From the NCBI GenBank assembly GCA_905331295.1, contig CAJNYD010000400.1:1-64000 (forward strand): 64,000 nucleotides of DNA, in the 5' to 3' direction. Within the stretch, counting starts at the first letter, position 1. Every line of letters starts with the position of its first letter. The DNA is from Rotaria socialis. Lineage: Eukaryota. A program made the position numbers and the translations under genes. This document shows positions 38,739 to 51,380 of this stretch, in pieces. Below the pieces are notes generated by a model, which saw only the letters and a list, made by a program, of their open reading frames with translations, was not told the origin of the DNA and made no database searches.

Positions 38739-39984
38739 CACTCTAAAAAATGCCAAGCGTCTTACAAGACGGTTCATGTGTCTAAAATCTAATTTAGACG
38801 CGAAATAAGTCTTGTTTTTAGACATGTAGTGGCTACCGACAGGAAAGCGTCTTAAGTTCCTCTTTCTCGTAAAACATTGTTATAGCTATTGACCAATAGA
38901 TCAATTTTTTTACTTTCTTTCGTAGCTATGAGAATTTACTTTCGAATGTGAAACAAAGAGTCTTATTCGATTTCTTGTAAATATTTAGGATTTCACTCTT
39001 TCCAGAACTAGTTTTTCCGATGACTTTTCTGCCGTGAACTACTTCACATTTTAACTCGAATTGAGGATATTCGTGGTTTTGAAGAGATCAGTATCTCTTG
39101 ATTCGATATCTGAAGTGAAGGGGCTTTATAAATAAGCAAACCATTTTATCAAAATATATTTTTATTTATTTCTAATATATTTTCAAGTTTTTTATTTGTT
39201 TTCTAGATGATAGAAAAATTATCAAAAATAACTGATTACAGTTATATTTTAATATTGTATATTTAAAAAATACTTAAGACTTTTATTTTTTCGTTTTAGC
39301 CCTGTGTTGCATGAGTTTTCCCAGACGATTCAATCAATTTTTGGTTCACTGATTCAAGAATTCATGTTTTTATATGGACATTAGATATTAGAATGAATAT
39401 TCTCAGTGAAATAATTTTTTTTATACTCTACTTGAGTTAAAATTATATTTAAAAACTAGAGAAATTATTATAAAATTTTTTATATATATTTTTGATGTTT
39501 AATGAAATTCCTCAAAACTGAGACTTACTCAAATAAAATTTTTTCGAAGATAATATTTTATTCCACAAGAATATCACCTTCGAGAAATTTCATTAAACAT
39601 CAAAACATATATATGAAAAATTTTACAATAATTTCTCTAGTTTTTAAATATAATTTTAACTCAAGTAGTGTAAAAAAATTATTTCATTGAAAATATTTAT
39701 TCTAATATCTAATGTTCATATAAAAATATGAATTCTTGAATTAGTGAACTATAGATTGATAGAAGCGTCTAAAAAAGACTGCTGTAAGACGCCTAAAAAC
39801 ATTGGTTTAAATACTCCAATCAGGATCGATTAAGACGCTCGAGTGTCTAAAATCGGTCATCCGTTGACGCTTGAAGCGTCTTATCGAGTTAGATATGAAC
39901 CAATCAGAAAGAAGACGAAGCGTCTTGTTTTAGCGCACGAAACGTCTTGCATGTACACTACATACGTCTTGATTTTTTAGAGTG
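38739..39984. mobile_element. Non-autonomous DNA transposon with CACT termini, containing a nested foldback
   Basis: TIR cactctaaaaaat / attttttagagtg; subterminal aagacg/cgtctt repeats. Confidence 0.65.
39342..39751. repeat. Long inverted repeat (~190-bp arms), nested MITE
   Basis: 39342-39535 is the near reverse complement of 39555-39751. Confidence 0.8.
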
Positions 39985-41041
39985 AATTTAGAGCGTTAAT
40001 CACATCGATTCTGCACCAAATCAGTCAGCTTAATGCCATATTTTCAGATGACTGTAATGGTCTACCTCGGTAAGCGTCCGATTTTCTTTTTTGAGATAGT
40101 GCTGACTTATCTGCAAGATTAGTCAACTATTTTCAGATTTCATACTATTACGATTAATTTTGACAGGCAGAAGTATATTCTTCTTCAAACAAGATTTTTA
40201 AACGTCAAATCAAAAAATATTTGTCAGGCTATAAAGAAAACTTTCTACCTTTGAATTTGATGCTATCACTAAGAATGTGTCTTAAATCAAAGTTGCTACC
40301 AGTTTCTTTTTTATAATTTGAAGGAAGTTTTAGCTTCGCATGTGTACGTCGTAATTAGCTTAGTCAATTGCTGCAATAAAAAGTTTCTAATCTATTATTC
40401 TACGCATATCAATTGAAAAATTTAGGTAGAATATGACTCATGACGTTACTTGAAATAGCAAACGAATGAAGAAACAACGCAAATATGCCTTCAATGCATG
40501 TAAATTTTTTTAGCGATTGCAACGAGTCACATGTTCCCCATCCGTTATCTAAATCAGTGCGATATCCAGTGAAATAATTATCAGCAATAGAAATATTCCT
40601 CTAGTATGTATAATCTTGACGACATCTGGAAGAGTCTCTTATATCGATAACTGCCACTATTGAAAATAGCAATGAATGTAATACCCAAGCAGATAAAATT
40701 TTAGCTCATAAATCAAACTTTAATAGACGTCGCGTTATCGTACTGTAATTGTCTAGAAAAAAAGTGACTTTTGACAAAATGAAAAAATGCAATACCCGTA
40801 TGTTGCCTAAATTAAATAAAATCGAACTAATTGAATCGATTTTAATTGGAAAATAATAGAATTTTTCTCGTTGAAAGCTAAATTATCCTATCAGCCAATG
40901 TTCTCATATCTACTTACTGCCATTTTTCTTTCATAAAACTAATCAAACTCAGTGTATTTGAATACGGTACTCAAGTGGCCACTCTTTAGGCATTTTGACG
41001 CTTCGGGTCGACGAAATCATAGCCATCGATATTTAAAATAC

Positions 41042-41360
41042 CCCAGGTCGTGGACGTACGGCGGGAAACGGCCGGAAAGCACAGGAAAGCACTGGAAACT
41101 GGAAGCAGTATTCCAGTTGGAAGTTACCGGATTTTCTTCCTGTAGATTCCGATCAACTTCCAGATGTAAAACACAGAAAACTGACCGGAAAACACAGGAA
41201 ACTGACCGGAATCCACAGGAAAAAAATCCGGTAACTTCCAACTGGAATACTGCTTCCAGTTTCCAGTGCTTTCCCATGCTTTCCGGCCAGATACGGTGAT
41301 TTTTCCGCATCTTTCCGGCCGGTTCCTACAGTATCCGTCCTCCGGAATCATTGACCTGGG
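41042..41360. mobile_element. GC-rich palindromic MITE
   Basis: Termini cccaggtc / gacctggg; long internal inverted arms gcactggaaactggaagcagtattccagttggaagttaccgga. Confidence 0.8.
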
Positions 41361-41766
41361 ACTCCCCTCAGATTCTTATTTCCGATGGTTCGAACACTCC
41401 ACGATGGGTTAATAAAAAATTGAGTTTTTCAATCAGTTGAATAACTTAAGCCGACGGAATTATAATAATTAAAAAAACCTTTTTAGTAGTTGCAAAAAAC
41501 TTTCGAAATTTAGAAAAGTAATTTAATCAAAGGTGAAAAAATTATCATTTGTGTAACCAAATGGATCGTCTTCTCTTCGAACTTCAGACGAGATAAAAGG
41601 AGTCTATTTGATAATTATTGGATTTTATACACAGCTGATTTTTGAGATACAGTGTAAAATCAATATTTATAAATTTTATCAAAGATTTATGAAACAGCAA
41701 TTATTCGGATTCTGTTTTCGTCAACATAAATTAACATAGAATTTTTTTCAAATTTTTGATTGTTTA

Positions 41767-42714
41767 CACTGATAAAAAAATCCGGGTAATGATCTACCCC
41801 TACATTAAAAAAAGTCGCTATTAAACCCTTGAAGGGCTTATTTCGATGTGATGAACCCTTTTAGCGTTTATTAGTCGAAGGGTTTATGACGCTATGGGTT
41901 TATGAAAACTCAAGGTGTATATGATGGGTACATAAGGATTCATTATTCTACGATTTTAAGATAAGAGTATATCCTTCAACGGATGATAGTAGATTGTTGT
42001 TCGCTTTCAAGGTAGGAGTATTTTATTCTTCGTTATCGGGTTTACTATTTTATTTTTTCGTTAAAAGGGTACATCACTCTGCCTTTCTGGGTAGAGTAAG
42101 ATACCCTTTCTCAGAAACAGTTCATTATTCTACGCCTAAGGGTAGATTATGCTACCATTTCCTGCTAAGGGTTTCATATATGTCAAACTTGAAACTTGAA
42201 TTCAATCTTCAACTTTTAAACCAATAGCATTCTGAATAATCGTGACTCATACATATATCGCTATGAGTTGAAAGTTGAAAGTTGAAATTTTTTATTTTCA
42301 ACTGAATTCAAGTTTCAAGTTTCAAGTTTGACACTACTGCAGGGTTTAGTATTTCACGTTCAACAGTTGATTCATCTACGTCTTAATAAAAATGGTTTAG
42401 TACTGTAGGTGAATGCTCGATTCTATGCCTCTTTATTGACAGGTTTTTCTATTCTACTGACAAATATCGACTTATCTACCTTAGCATCTCAAGGGATAGT
42501 TTTATCGTCGGTTGATGGTTGATTCTACTTCTCTTTCGTTGAAAGAAGTTCATTTTTTATCGTACAGGGGTTGATCTTTCCGCTCTTTCGTTGAACGGGT
42601 TTATCATTCTACGTACAGAGATTGGATGTTCTACTGTTCGATCGAAAAGATTTATTACTCTACACACAGGGGTTGATTATTTTACCTTTGCGTCAAAAAT
42701 GTTTTATTAGGGTG
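41767..42714. repeat. Degenerate tandem-repeat-rich element
   Basis: Recurrent aaggg...ttcattattctac units at roughly 25-36-bp spacing; ends uncertain. Confidence 0.45.
42181..42333. mobile_element. Nested MITE
   Basis: TIR tgtcaaacttgaaacttgaa / ttcaagtttcaagtttgaca. Confidence 0.7.
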
Positions 42715-43311
42715 TCGGTGAGAGGGTCTGGGTCTGGTTAATGTTATTTTATACAGTCACCCACGCGCTAACTTGATGAAAAGAAATAGTTAGATGTCCA
42801 TCGTTTTTTTGCACTGGTCACAACCGAAAGGAAAATGTGGATCACTTATTTGATGAAGTTGCGGTGTACATAAAACAGTGTTTTGATATACGAAAATAGG
42901 AAGTAGCGAAATTAGAACCACACTTCATTGACCCAGGTAAATATTTTATGTTAGAAAAAAAGAAAAAATATCTAACGCCTATATATATAAAGTAATACCT
43001 CGTGCAGACTCACCTTAAAAAATAAGCATTTTGATATCGGCTAGTAAGTAGGCTTTCTTCGAGATCATCGATATTTTTACCTTAGCGATGTGTTTGATTT
43101 TTACAATATAGCAGTGTAAATAATAATGACAGAAAAAATGAGGAAAGATAAACATGTATTTTTGTGTTTAATATGAAGATATTGAAAAAACTGAGATAGA
43201 AAGTGTTACAGAGGCCCCGCTGTAACTTAAATCAATTCACACAATAGAAATTTATGTTTCTATTTAACCAATCAACAACAAATTTCCTATTTTCTATTCA
43301 TAATCTGAATC

Positions 43312-43417
43312 CAAGGGGAAACAAACTGATTTCGTGATTTCTGATTTCCAAAATCAAAACGTGATTTCAATTGATTTCAGTTGATTTCAGAGATGAAAAC
43401 CAGTTTGTTCCCCCTTG
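43312..43417. mobile_element. hAT-type MITE
   Basis: TIR caaggggaaacaaactg / cagtttgttcccccttg; perfect 8-bp TSD tctgaatc (43304-43311, 43418-43425). Confidence 0.85.
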
Positions 43418-43475
43418 TCTGAATCTTAATCTTTTCTTTATTATTCTTTTTTTTTTCTATTTATACTATACAACC

Positions 43476-43485
43476 CACACACACA

Positions 43486-43515
<30 letters not shown>
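43476..43515. repeat. Compound (CA)n(GA)n microsatellite
   Basis: Directly visible. Confidence 0.9.
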
Positions 43516-43520
<5 letters not shown>

Positions 43521-45263
43521 AAACAGTGAAAGAAAAGGCATTTGTTTCTTCGAGTAGACTATTTTGTATATAAAGATGATGGTGCATCATTCTATAAAAG
43601 CACTTAAATTCCAGTCAAAGAAATGATGCCATTATTTATGTCGTCACGCACGGGAGGAAAGAAGACACAATAGAGAGATATGCAGAGAGAGGTAAGAAAA
43701 AATGAAAAAGAGCGGCTGATGTATGTGCATCTCGAGTTGGATTGTACACATAAGACATACATAACGTACAAAGACGAAACAAGAATGTATAAGAATACAT
43801 AAATAAGTAACTTGTTAGAGTACTCTCTAACACCTTCGATAGGGTTTATGAAAATGCAACGTATGATACACTCTTTTTAAGTTGTTCAGTCGTATAAACG
43901 CTATTGTGCCGATATTGATGGCACGCTTCGATGATTCTCCTTCTTCTTCCGTATGTTCTCTTTCCATTGTTGTAATATATCTATTTTCTGTCTCTCTTCT
44001 ATCTCTCTCCTATATATACGTGTGTTATGCATAAAGTTGTTACACTCTGGATATGTGAAGAAGCGAATAAACATCATTCCGAGAGTGGCGGTAAGCTACT
44101 CCACCTCTATCCAGTTTGTCATTAATATATAAATCACTAAACAGAGTCGTATATATTTATCGTTACACATGCTATTTATGAAGTGCCTGCATCCAACGCA
44201 GTTTCTTTTTAGCAAAGTAAAAATGATTGTAAATTTTGTTCTTTCTCAAGAGGCAATATAGATCTGCAAACGATTGAGAGGGGTGCATATCATATACTTT
44301 ATACGATACTGAATTTTAACTTTCTTTTACTTTCAATTATTAAATATCATTCCGAAATGAAGCGTTTCATTTATTTCCTGTAAGTTCATGGAAAGTCGCA
44401 GGAAGTTAAAACTTGGTAGTGTATAAAATATATTGAAGTTACTGCTTTCTACTGTTTACATATAGATATCATATAATTATGAGGACGATTTCAATCTGCT
44501 GAAGATCCTTTTTGTTCGAGGCCCTCTCATAATTATTCGAGAATATAGTCACAGAAATCAGCATTAAGCCGAATCGAATCGTACACAACGCTTTCTAACC
44601 GAAAAATAAACCATGCGAGTCATTTTGCGCCCTTAGCTCTTAGTTTATAGATATAAATCAACCAGATTATCACACCAGTTATCGCATAGTAAATGTGAAA
44701 ATTTTAGAGCCACATGTCTTGGAGTGGTTCTTTTCAAAGAAATCTATTTCAGCGCTTACCACATGATACAAAAACATTTCACATTGAAATTTTCAGAGAA
44801 ACTAATTCTATACTCTGAGTACTTTTCACTAGAATCGAACTTATGATAAGACTATTTTGTTATGTCTTTTTGCATAAATACTGAAGATTTACTATCAACT
44901 GACGTTCACTTTTAATGTTTTTACCACAAAATTTCAAAAATCTTATCATAATAGCGAATAGAAAGCTAGCTTTTTTTTAGAGCATGTGATTGATTCTAAA
45001 ATTGAATCAGATACTACTCAGGTCTTCATTCAACAAATAGTCGAGATTCATACATTACATTTACAACAATCATCTCTCAACAAGTTTACGAGATCATAGC
45101 GAATAACGTGTGACGAACATTCCTCTGCATCATTAGAAATTTACATCATTCTAGTAAAGTATCTTCTATAAATAGACTTTCGTTTGAATTGAAAGAATCA
45201 AAACTCCAATTCAGTACTTATTCTGCACAAAGTGTTTCAGTCACAATTATTGATTTTAGCAAA

Positions 45264-46397
45264 ATGTTTTTTAAACAAAAAATATTTCTTCGATACGTGA
45301 CAGTTTTTATCGTGTCTCTCGTTCTTCTGGACCTACTTCGGCTTCATTTATTTGAATGTAACCATTATTCAGACGATGGCGAAGAAAGTAAGACAAATTT
45401 ATTATTCCAGAGAAATCCCAAACTACTGTCTGTAAATTTAGATCATTTGACTGCTTTTCTTCCAGATCCACATCCAATCGATGTACACAAGAGTTATTCG
45501 TGTTTTGACATTGAAGATCTTCTACTAATCACCAAACTGCCCAAGGTACTATCATGGATCGAATTAGACAATCAGTCGAATAAATATATATCTTCTCCAA
45601 ATCCTATTCATCTAATTACTCAATGGTATCATGAACAGAACCATCGACGGCGTCGTGAACTTCTAACCGTTTTACAAATGAATTTGTTGAATGATGCTGT
45701 TACTTCTATTCATTTTATACAGTATTCAAAGAATTGCACTGTTTATGATGATATTATGTTAGATCCGAATTTTCGTGTTGATCTTCTGAAACTTAAGCTA
45801 ATTATCTCCTATCAAACAGAAGTCAATGAGACAGAAAGATTAACTGTTAGTAAGGCATTGAAGTATGCCAATGGAGTAATATCCCGTGGCTATGCAGTTG
45901 TGCTCAATCTGGATATTTTCTTTGATCGTTCTCTGAATTTTCTACAACGAACACCTCTCGTCGATAAATCAACTATTTTCTATTTATCTCGTTACGAAGT
46001 CGATCGCACAATTAGTATGTCAAATGCGCACTGTACTGATAAAGGATACGAGGGTAGTCATGATACATTAATCTTTCAACCACCTCTATCCAAAACTGTT
46101 ATTGAACAATTTCCGTTTGAATTAGGGACATGGTATGTCGAAGTGAAGATTATAGAAGATTTAACACTAGCAAATTATACAGTTCGAAATGTATGTAAAA
46201 CGGTTCGCAGTTGGCATCTTCATTCTAGTCAAGTACGACATCGCCTGATGCCATCAAAACGATATATACCCGATAAACTTCTATATCTTCATCTACGCCA
46301 ACCAGAATTTTTATTGAGTGCTTCTTATTCCTGTTTCGAAGTGTCATACTTTTTGCCATGGATCATTATCATTTTCCTACAATTTTTTTTGACTTGA
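45264..46397 (+). CDS. Intronless membrane-anchored protein with a putative GT-A-like (glycosyltransferase-like) domain
   Basis: 377-aa ORF with good ATG context, N-terminal TM (YVTVFIVSLVLLDLL) and hydrophobic C-terminus. Motifs LITQWY...RRREL...NL.N, VLNLDIFFD, YLSRYE, GSHDTLIF, F.LG, VRN.C, WHLHSS. Function is inferred. Confidence 0.7.
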   Translation: MFFKQKIFLRYVTVFIVSLVLLDLLRLHLFECNHYSDDGEESKTNLLFQRNPKLLSVNLDHLTAFLPDPHPIDVHKSYSCFDIEDLLLITKLPKVLSWIELDNQSNKYISSPNPIHLITQWYHEQNHRRRRELLTVLQMNLLNDAVTSIHFIQYSKNCTVYDDIMLDPNFRVDLLKLKLIISYQTEVNETERLTVSKALKYANGVISRGYAVVLNLDIFFDRSLNFLQRTPLVDKSTIFYLSRYEVDRTISMSNAHCTDKGYEGSHDTLIFQPPLSKTVIEQFPFELGTWYVEVKIIEDLTLANYTVRNVCKTVRSWHLHSSQVRHRLMPSKRYIPDKLLYLHLRQPEFLLSASYSCFEVSYFLPWIIIIFLQFFLT

Positions 46398-46675
46398 AAC
46401 AATATATGATCAGCATGTCTTCGTTATCTCAATCAATATTGTTAGAACGATCCGAAAACAAAATTCTAACTTTGAGAGAGATCAATATGCTCATGATTTC
46501 CATTTGAAATATAATTGTTATTCTCAGCAAGATTATAGTTTTCTCGCTATTTCTTCTTCATCAAATTACATTCAATTTCAATCTCAGATTTAAGAAAACG
46601 TAGTTCTAATGGGACATGATGATGTGGGTGCGAATGGATGATTTTATGATCTATATTTCAAGTTTCAATGAAAAT

Positions 46676-46801
46676 CAGGGACGTGCACAGAGCATAATTT
46701 TTTCTCCTGTCCTTGTCTGTCCTGTTGACTACCTTGGTCCTGGCGGGCGGTAAGACAGAACACCAGGACAACAGGACCGCCCTGCCCTATGCACATCTCT
46801 G
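46676..46801. mobile_element. hAT-type MITE
   Basis: TIR cagggacgtgca / tgcacatctctg; 8-bp TSD atgaaaat / atgagaat. Confidence 0.75.
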
Positions 46802-47002
46802 ATGAGAATAGCAATCGGCAGTTGTCTTTCGCTCTTTCATATCTGCTTAAATGCTTCCGAATATTCGTCTAACTTGAAGTAGAATTCAATCGAACGTTTT
46901 CTATTCACACTACTAATTTCATCGCTTATGTTATTATATTCGGTTATAGTGTACTGATCAACTATGACAACATATAATGAACACAAAGTGTAGCAAAAAA
47001 TC

Positions 47003-49962
47003 CAGCAGTTGCAGAATGCCGACCCAGCAGAATTCAGAATTCTGTAAACCTATAATATTTTTAAACGAATCAATGCTTATAGAATAGAATTCTATAGAAT
47101 TCTATATTGACACGATTAAAGTATATCAATTTTGCTCTTCATATGATATTAGAATTCTATTGTAGGTTGTTTGAATTCTGCTTAGAATTCTATAGAATTC
47201 TAGAGTAATGGAATATGTTTTAGGTAAACAAATGCGTTGGATATGTTGTTCGCTTGGCGCAAATTTGGAGGATTAAAGTTGTTTTCATAAATTTTATGGA
47301 TAGAGGATAAATTTTATACGAAATGAAGGGAATCTAAAACGTCTAGTTTAATTAAAAACATCGTCACTTCTAATTTATTTCAAACTTACTGATGTCTCTG
47401 GTAAACGTGAAATTTATACACAACAATGCTCTGCGCATGGCAGAACTTCGAATTCCAATCAACACAATGTTTAGTGAAGGACTGGTGAAAAATATGGAGG
47501 CGTGGCAGTCGTTACTACGAATGGATTCATTATCGTGTGCGATCGCTTTATTCAACATCGTAGCAACTACTCTTGAATTCAGTTCCGTATCGCGTTCTTC
47601 AGATGGACGACATCACATTCCATTAAATATTTACGACATGGTTATTACACGAAGCTGTTTGTAGATGATATTTTAATGTACTTTGTCCGAATATTTTTCA
47701 TTTTAGCTTTCGGTAAAAGTGATATAATAAATCTCATCCGTAATGTGCTGCATTCGATATGCGTGGCTAATGATTAAAGTATGAACTTATGTTTGGATGA
47801 ATTTACCAGAGCCGGACTCATGAATTGTTTGGATAAGAGTACGAAGATATTTATGACAGATGAAGCTGGTATGGCGTTTGTGGATGCTGGTTTATTTAGT
47901 AGTTTTCCTAAACCTTCAGCCGAAAATAATTGTAGATGTATGTTTTGCGTTGTTATAATGCTAAGCTTGATTATAAATAGATTGCTGTTTTAGCTTCAGT
48001 AATGATATTGTATGATCGTATGTTTTGTCTTTACGCGCGTCGATTAGCAAATAAGACAGTGGTTGTTGAAAAAAGCAAATAAAATCTTTTAGTAAATTGT
48101 TAATTTTAATTTGAGAATAATATAATTATAATTTCTTTCAAAAAATATAGGGTTTATCTACAGGCAAAGTAATGGGAACAATTGTTTCTCGTTTGAAATC
48201 AGGTGGGTCATGGGATCCTATAATAGGAAGGTTTTGTTGGTGGGTATTGGATGGTCCACCGATTATGGAAGAATTGATAGAGCCAGTTTTGGATTGCTCA
48301 AGGCATCGATTGAGCGCTTGCTTTTGCTTGTAGTTTGATTAATAATTGTACGTTCAAATATGATGTTGATGCGTTATCACCCGTAGTCGTCTGGAGAAAC
48401 TCAATGAAACAAAAAAGTATGTCATGATTTTGATCATAGATTTAGAAATTATATTGTATTGAATTATTATTTCTGCAGGCTATGACTATCGTCAAGATGT
48501 ATTATTATCATCTTTATTAGGACAGTCAGTACAGCATGTCGATCGATTTGCTGCATTCATACAAACAATAGAATATGGATTTGATTTGTATGTGGAATAT
48601 TCTGATCGTTTTGAACGATTTCCTTCATCAGGGAAAATTGGTCATGATTTTTCAGAACGTATTGAAGGAATATTTCAAGAATCCTTTCAGGAACAAACTA
48701 GAGTTGATAAACAGCTTCGTCAATTTTTTATCAGTGATCAACTTGATGTTCGGGCAATTGATCTAGTATCTGGCTTACTACAGCAAATGACAATACTATT
48801 GGACGACACAAATGCACCAATATGGGCAGCTAGTCAAGCAAGACCGTTCATTGTATTACCGATCAATGATGACCGAAGTTTCGATACTGAAAAACATGAA
48901 AAAAAGAAAAAGAAGATCTTAGTATGTATGTTAACCACTTAAATATATTATCTCTGTTTTATTTATAGCCCATTATGTATCTACTGAAAAGCGTCAGCGT
49001 ATTGCTATGGAAATTCTATTATTTCCATCTATATGTTTTACAGTAACTCAGTTACACACGAATTCATTATTGCGCAATGCAGCTTCATCAGAGATTCTTT
49101 GTGTCTTGGAGCATCTCATGAAATGTGACTTACTTGAATGTGTACATAAAGACGTTAAAACTAATCGATGGTTTACAAGCGTATATATAAAACAACTACC
49201 AAGTTGTGATCACGATGAGCAAGTGAATGCTGATTATAGATCAATATTCGATGAAAAATTAAAAGAGTTTAAATATTCTCATTCGGCATTTACACTTGAC
49301 GAGTATTTAAAAAAATAGCATTATAAATGTTCATGCAACTGGTACTGTTACGGGTGAATTGACGTCAATTGAAAGACAACTTTCCAACTTATTGATAATA
49401 TAAAAAGCTGTTTGTATAACTGCTTAAGTGCTTTTGTAAGATAAGCCTATGTGTAGCTTTATTAAAAAGAAAAGAATGAAATTATAAAGATACGAAGCAA
49501 CTTGTTCATTAAATAGCTTGTTTAATTCTACAATCCTGACTTTAGCGTGTACAAAATATTTCATTCTCAGTAATGCATGATATTGTTATATGTTTGATAT
49601 AGATGCCAATGTAAATGTTTCTTCTTTTCTCTCATTTCATGATGTAATTATGATCAACTATCTTTGATGTGTATCTATTTCTTCTCTAGACATGGATGAT
49701 TAAAAAACGAAATCTAGAGATGAACAAACAATCATCATTATATCAACATCTTTTTACAAGCATACTTCTCAACAGTTGACTAAAATAAATCACACAAAAT
49801 CTTTGATTTTTAAATAAGCATTTGAGCTTTGTATTATGCTACTACCGATAGAATTCTATTTTCCACTTATGGTAGTCCGTATGTTTATATTATGCTACTT
49901 TTTCGCTATGTACGAAATAAAAAAATTCTGAATTCTGCTGGTTAGGCATTCTGCAGGCCCTC
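47003..49962. mobile_element. ~2.96-kb TIR element with hAT-like ends and a cargo gene
   Basis: TIR core tgcagaatgccgacccagcagaattcagaatt / aattctgaattctgctggttaggcattctgca; aaaaaatc on both flanks (probable 8-bp TSD); subterminal agaattct repeats. Confidence 0.75.
47392..49318 (+). pseudogene. Decayed multi-exon P-loop ATPase, DUF3987/YfjI-like (family call tentative)
   Basis: Splicing 47656 to 47707 gives PLNIYDMVITRSSFGKSDII (Walker A-like), then FTRAGLMNCL and IFMTDEA (Walker B-like). In-frame TAA at 47775-47777 and further stops downstream. Confidence 0.55.
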
Positions 49963-50138
49963 AAAAAAATCTCAAGGAAATAGAAAAATAAACATAAAAC
50001 ATCTCTATTTGTAATATTATGCAAGCATGATATTTCAAAGGTACATTATATAAGTCTCGATAAATAATCTAGATTATATTTTACATTGTGTGGAGAATTA
50101 GTCATTTAAATAATAGAAAAAGTTCTTTCAATGACAGC

Positions 50139-51380
50139 TCATTGAAACTTTGGTTCGAGCCACCGACGAATATTTTCAAGAGTATCTCTTGCTTCAGGAA
50201 AATAGTTAACAAAAAGAGGATGAACATGCATTAAATTTTGACCCATTTCTAATGTTATATCAACTTCTTCTGCACGTGCTTTATTAGCTACCCCTTTGGC
50301 ATCGTCCTCCAAGATTTCGGCTGTGCCAGCTGTGATGTAAAGTGGTGGAAATCCTTTGAATGAACCAAATAGCGGACTGTATGATGGATCATCACGAAGT
50401 ATTTGCTCATGATTCGGACCTAAAACTCGTTGTATACCCCATGCTAGGCTCTCGGCTCGAATCATCAAGTCAGTGAAACGATTACGGGTATAACTTTGAC
50501 CAGACGCCGAAAAATCTGCCCATGGTGACATTGTAACAGCAGCACGAGGTATAGGTAATTGACGTGCAAGAAGAGCTTGAATTGTCAATAGTGTAAGACC
50601 ACCACCAGCTGAATCTCCCATAATGGCTAGACGAGAAGCAGAAATGCCACCATGAAGAAGTGCACGATAAAGTGTTAGTGCATCGTCAACTGCTGCTGGC
50701 AATGGATGTTCAGGAACAAGACGGTACTCCAAATGAATTACAGTGACATTGAAAAGTCGAGATAAATGACATTCAAAACCACTATAGGCTATTAAACAAA
50801 TACAAAATTTGTGTGTTAACATAGGACAGACAGAAATGATGTAGTAACTATTTTACATGATACTCCCTATTTTTCTTTTTCTCAACGAAGATATTCATTC
50901 TTACCTACCTTGTACATCACCAACTATGTAACCTCCACCATGCAGATAAATGATGATTCTATCAGCATTTAATTTTGGTTTAGCTCTTTCATGATGAATC
51001 CAATGTGCATCAACTGTGTGTCCTTCGTTTTCATATACATGTTTGTCCACGTGACATGAAGATGAGCGAGGAACAATTGTATCAAGTGGAAATGATGCAC
51101 GTATATTTTTTGCTAGTTCCAGCGGATCTAGATTTGGATCAATTTGAAAAAGAGGTCGTCGTCGAAGCATACTTTCAAATGCTCGATATTCAGGACTCAA
51201 CATAGGTCGATCTGTATCAGACACGAAAGTATTTTTAATTGATATTAAGGAGTGTAAAAAGCGTAGTCCCAAATATTTTGGATTTGTTGAATTATAATAA
51301 ATCGGAATAACTATGGCTACCAACACAGCCAATATGGTTAGTTTTTTTATAATTGAAAAGAGGCTATTAAAAAATGCCAT
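50139..51380 (-). CDS. HSL-family alpha/beta hydrolase (esterase/lipase) with N-terminal membrane anchor, 373 aa
   Basis: Exons 51380-50909 and 50788-50139. YLHGGGY, EYRLVPEHPLPAAVDD, GDSAGG, SPWAD, AEILEDD, MHVHP. Confidence 0.92.

Noticed and set aside
40000..40700. Possible LINE endonuclease remnant
   Set aside because: Only a faint WNV-like trace; too decayed to support.
40952..41351. Overlapping ORFs on both strands with repeated peptides
   Set aside because: Artefact of a palindromic MITE.
43636..44110. LTR/TRIM-like fragments (tgtaa...ttaca, tggcg)
   Set aside because: No paired LTRs, TSD or coding remnant could be established.
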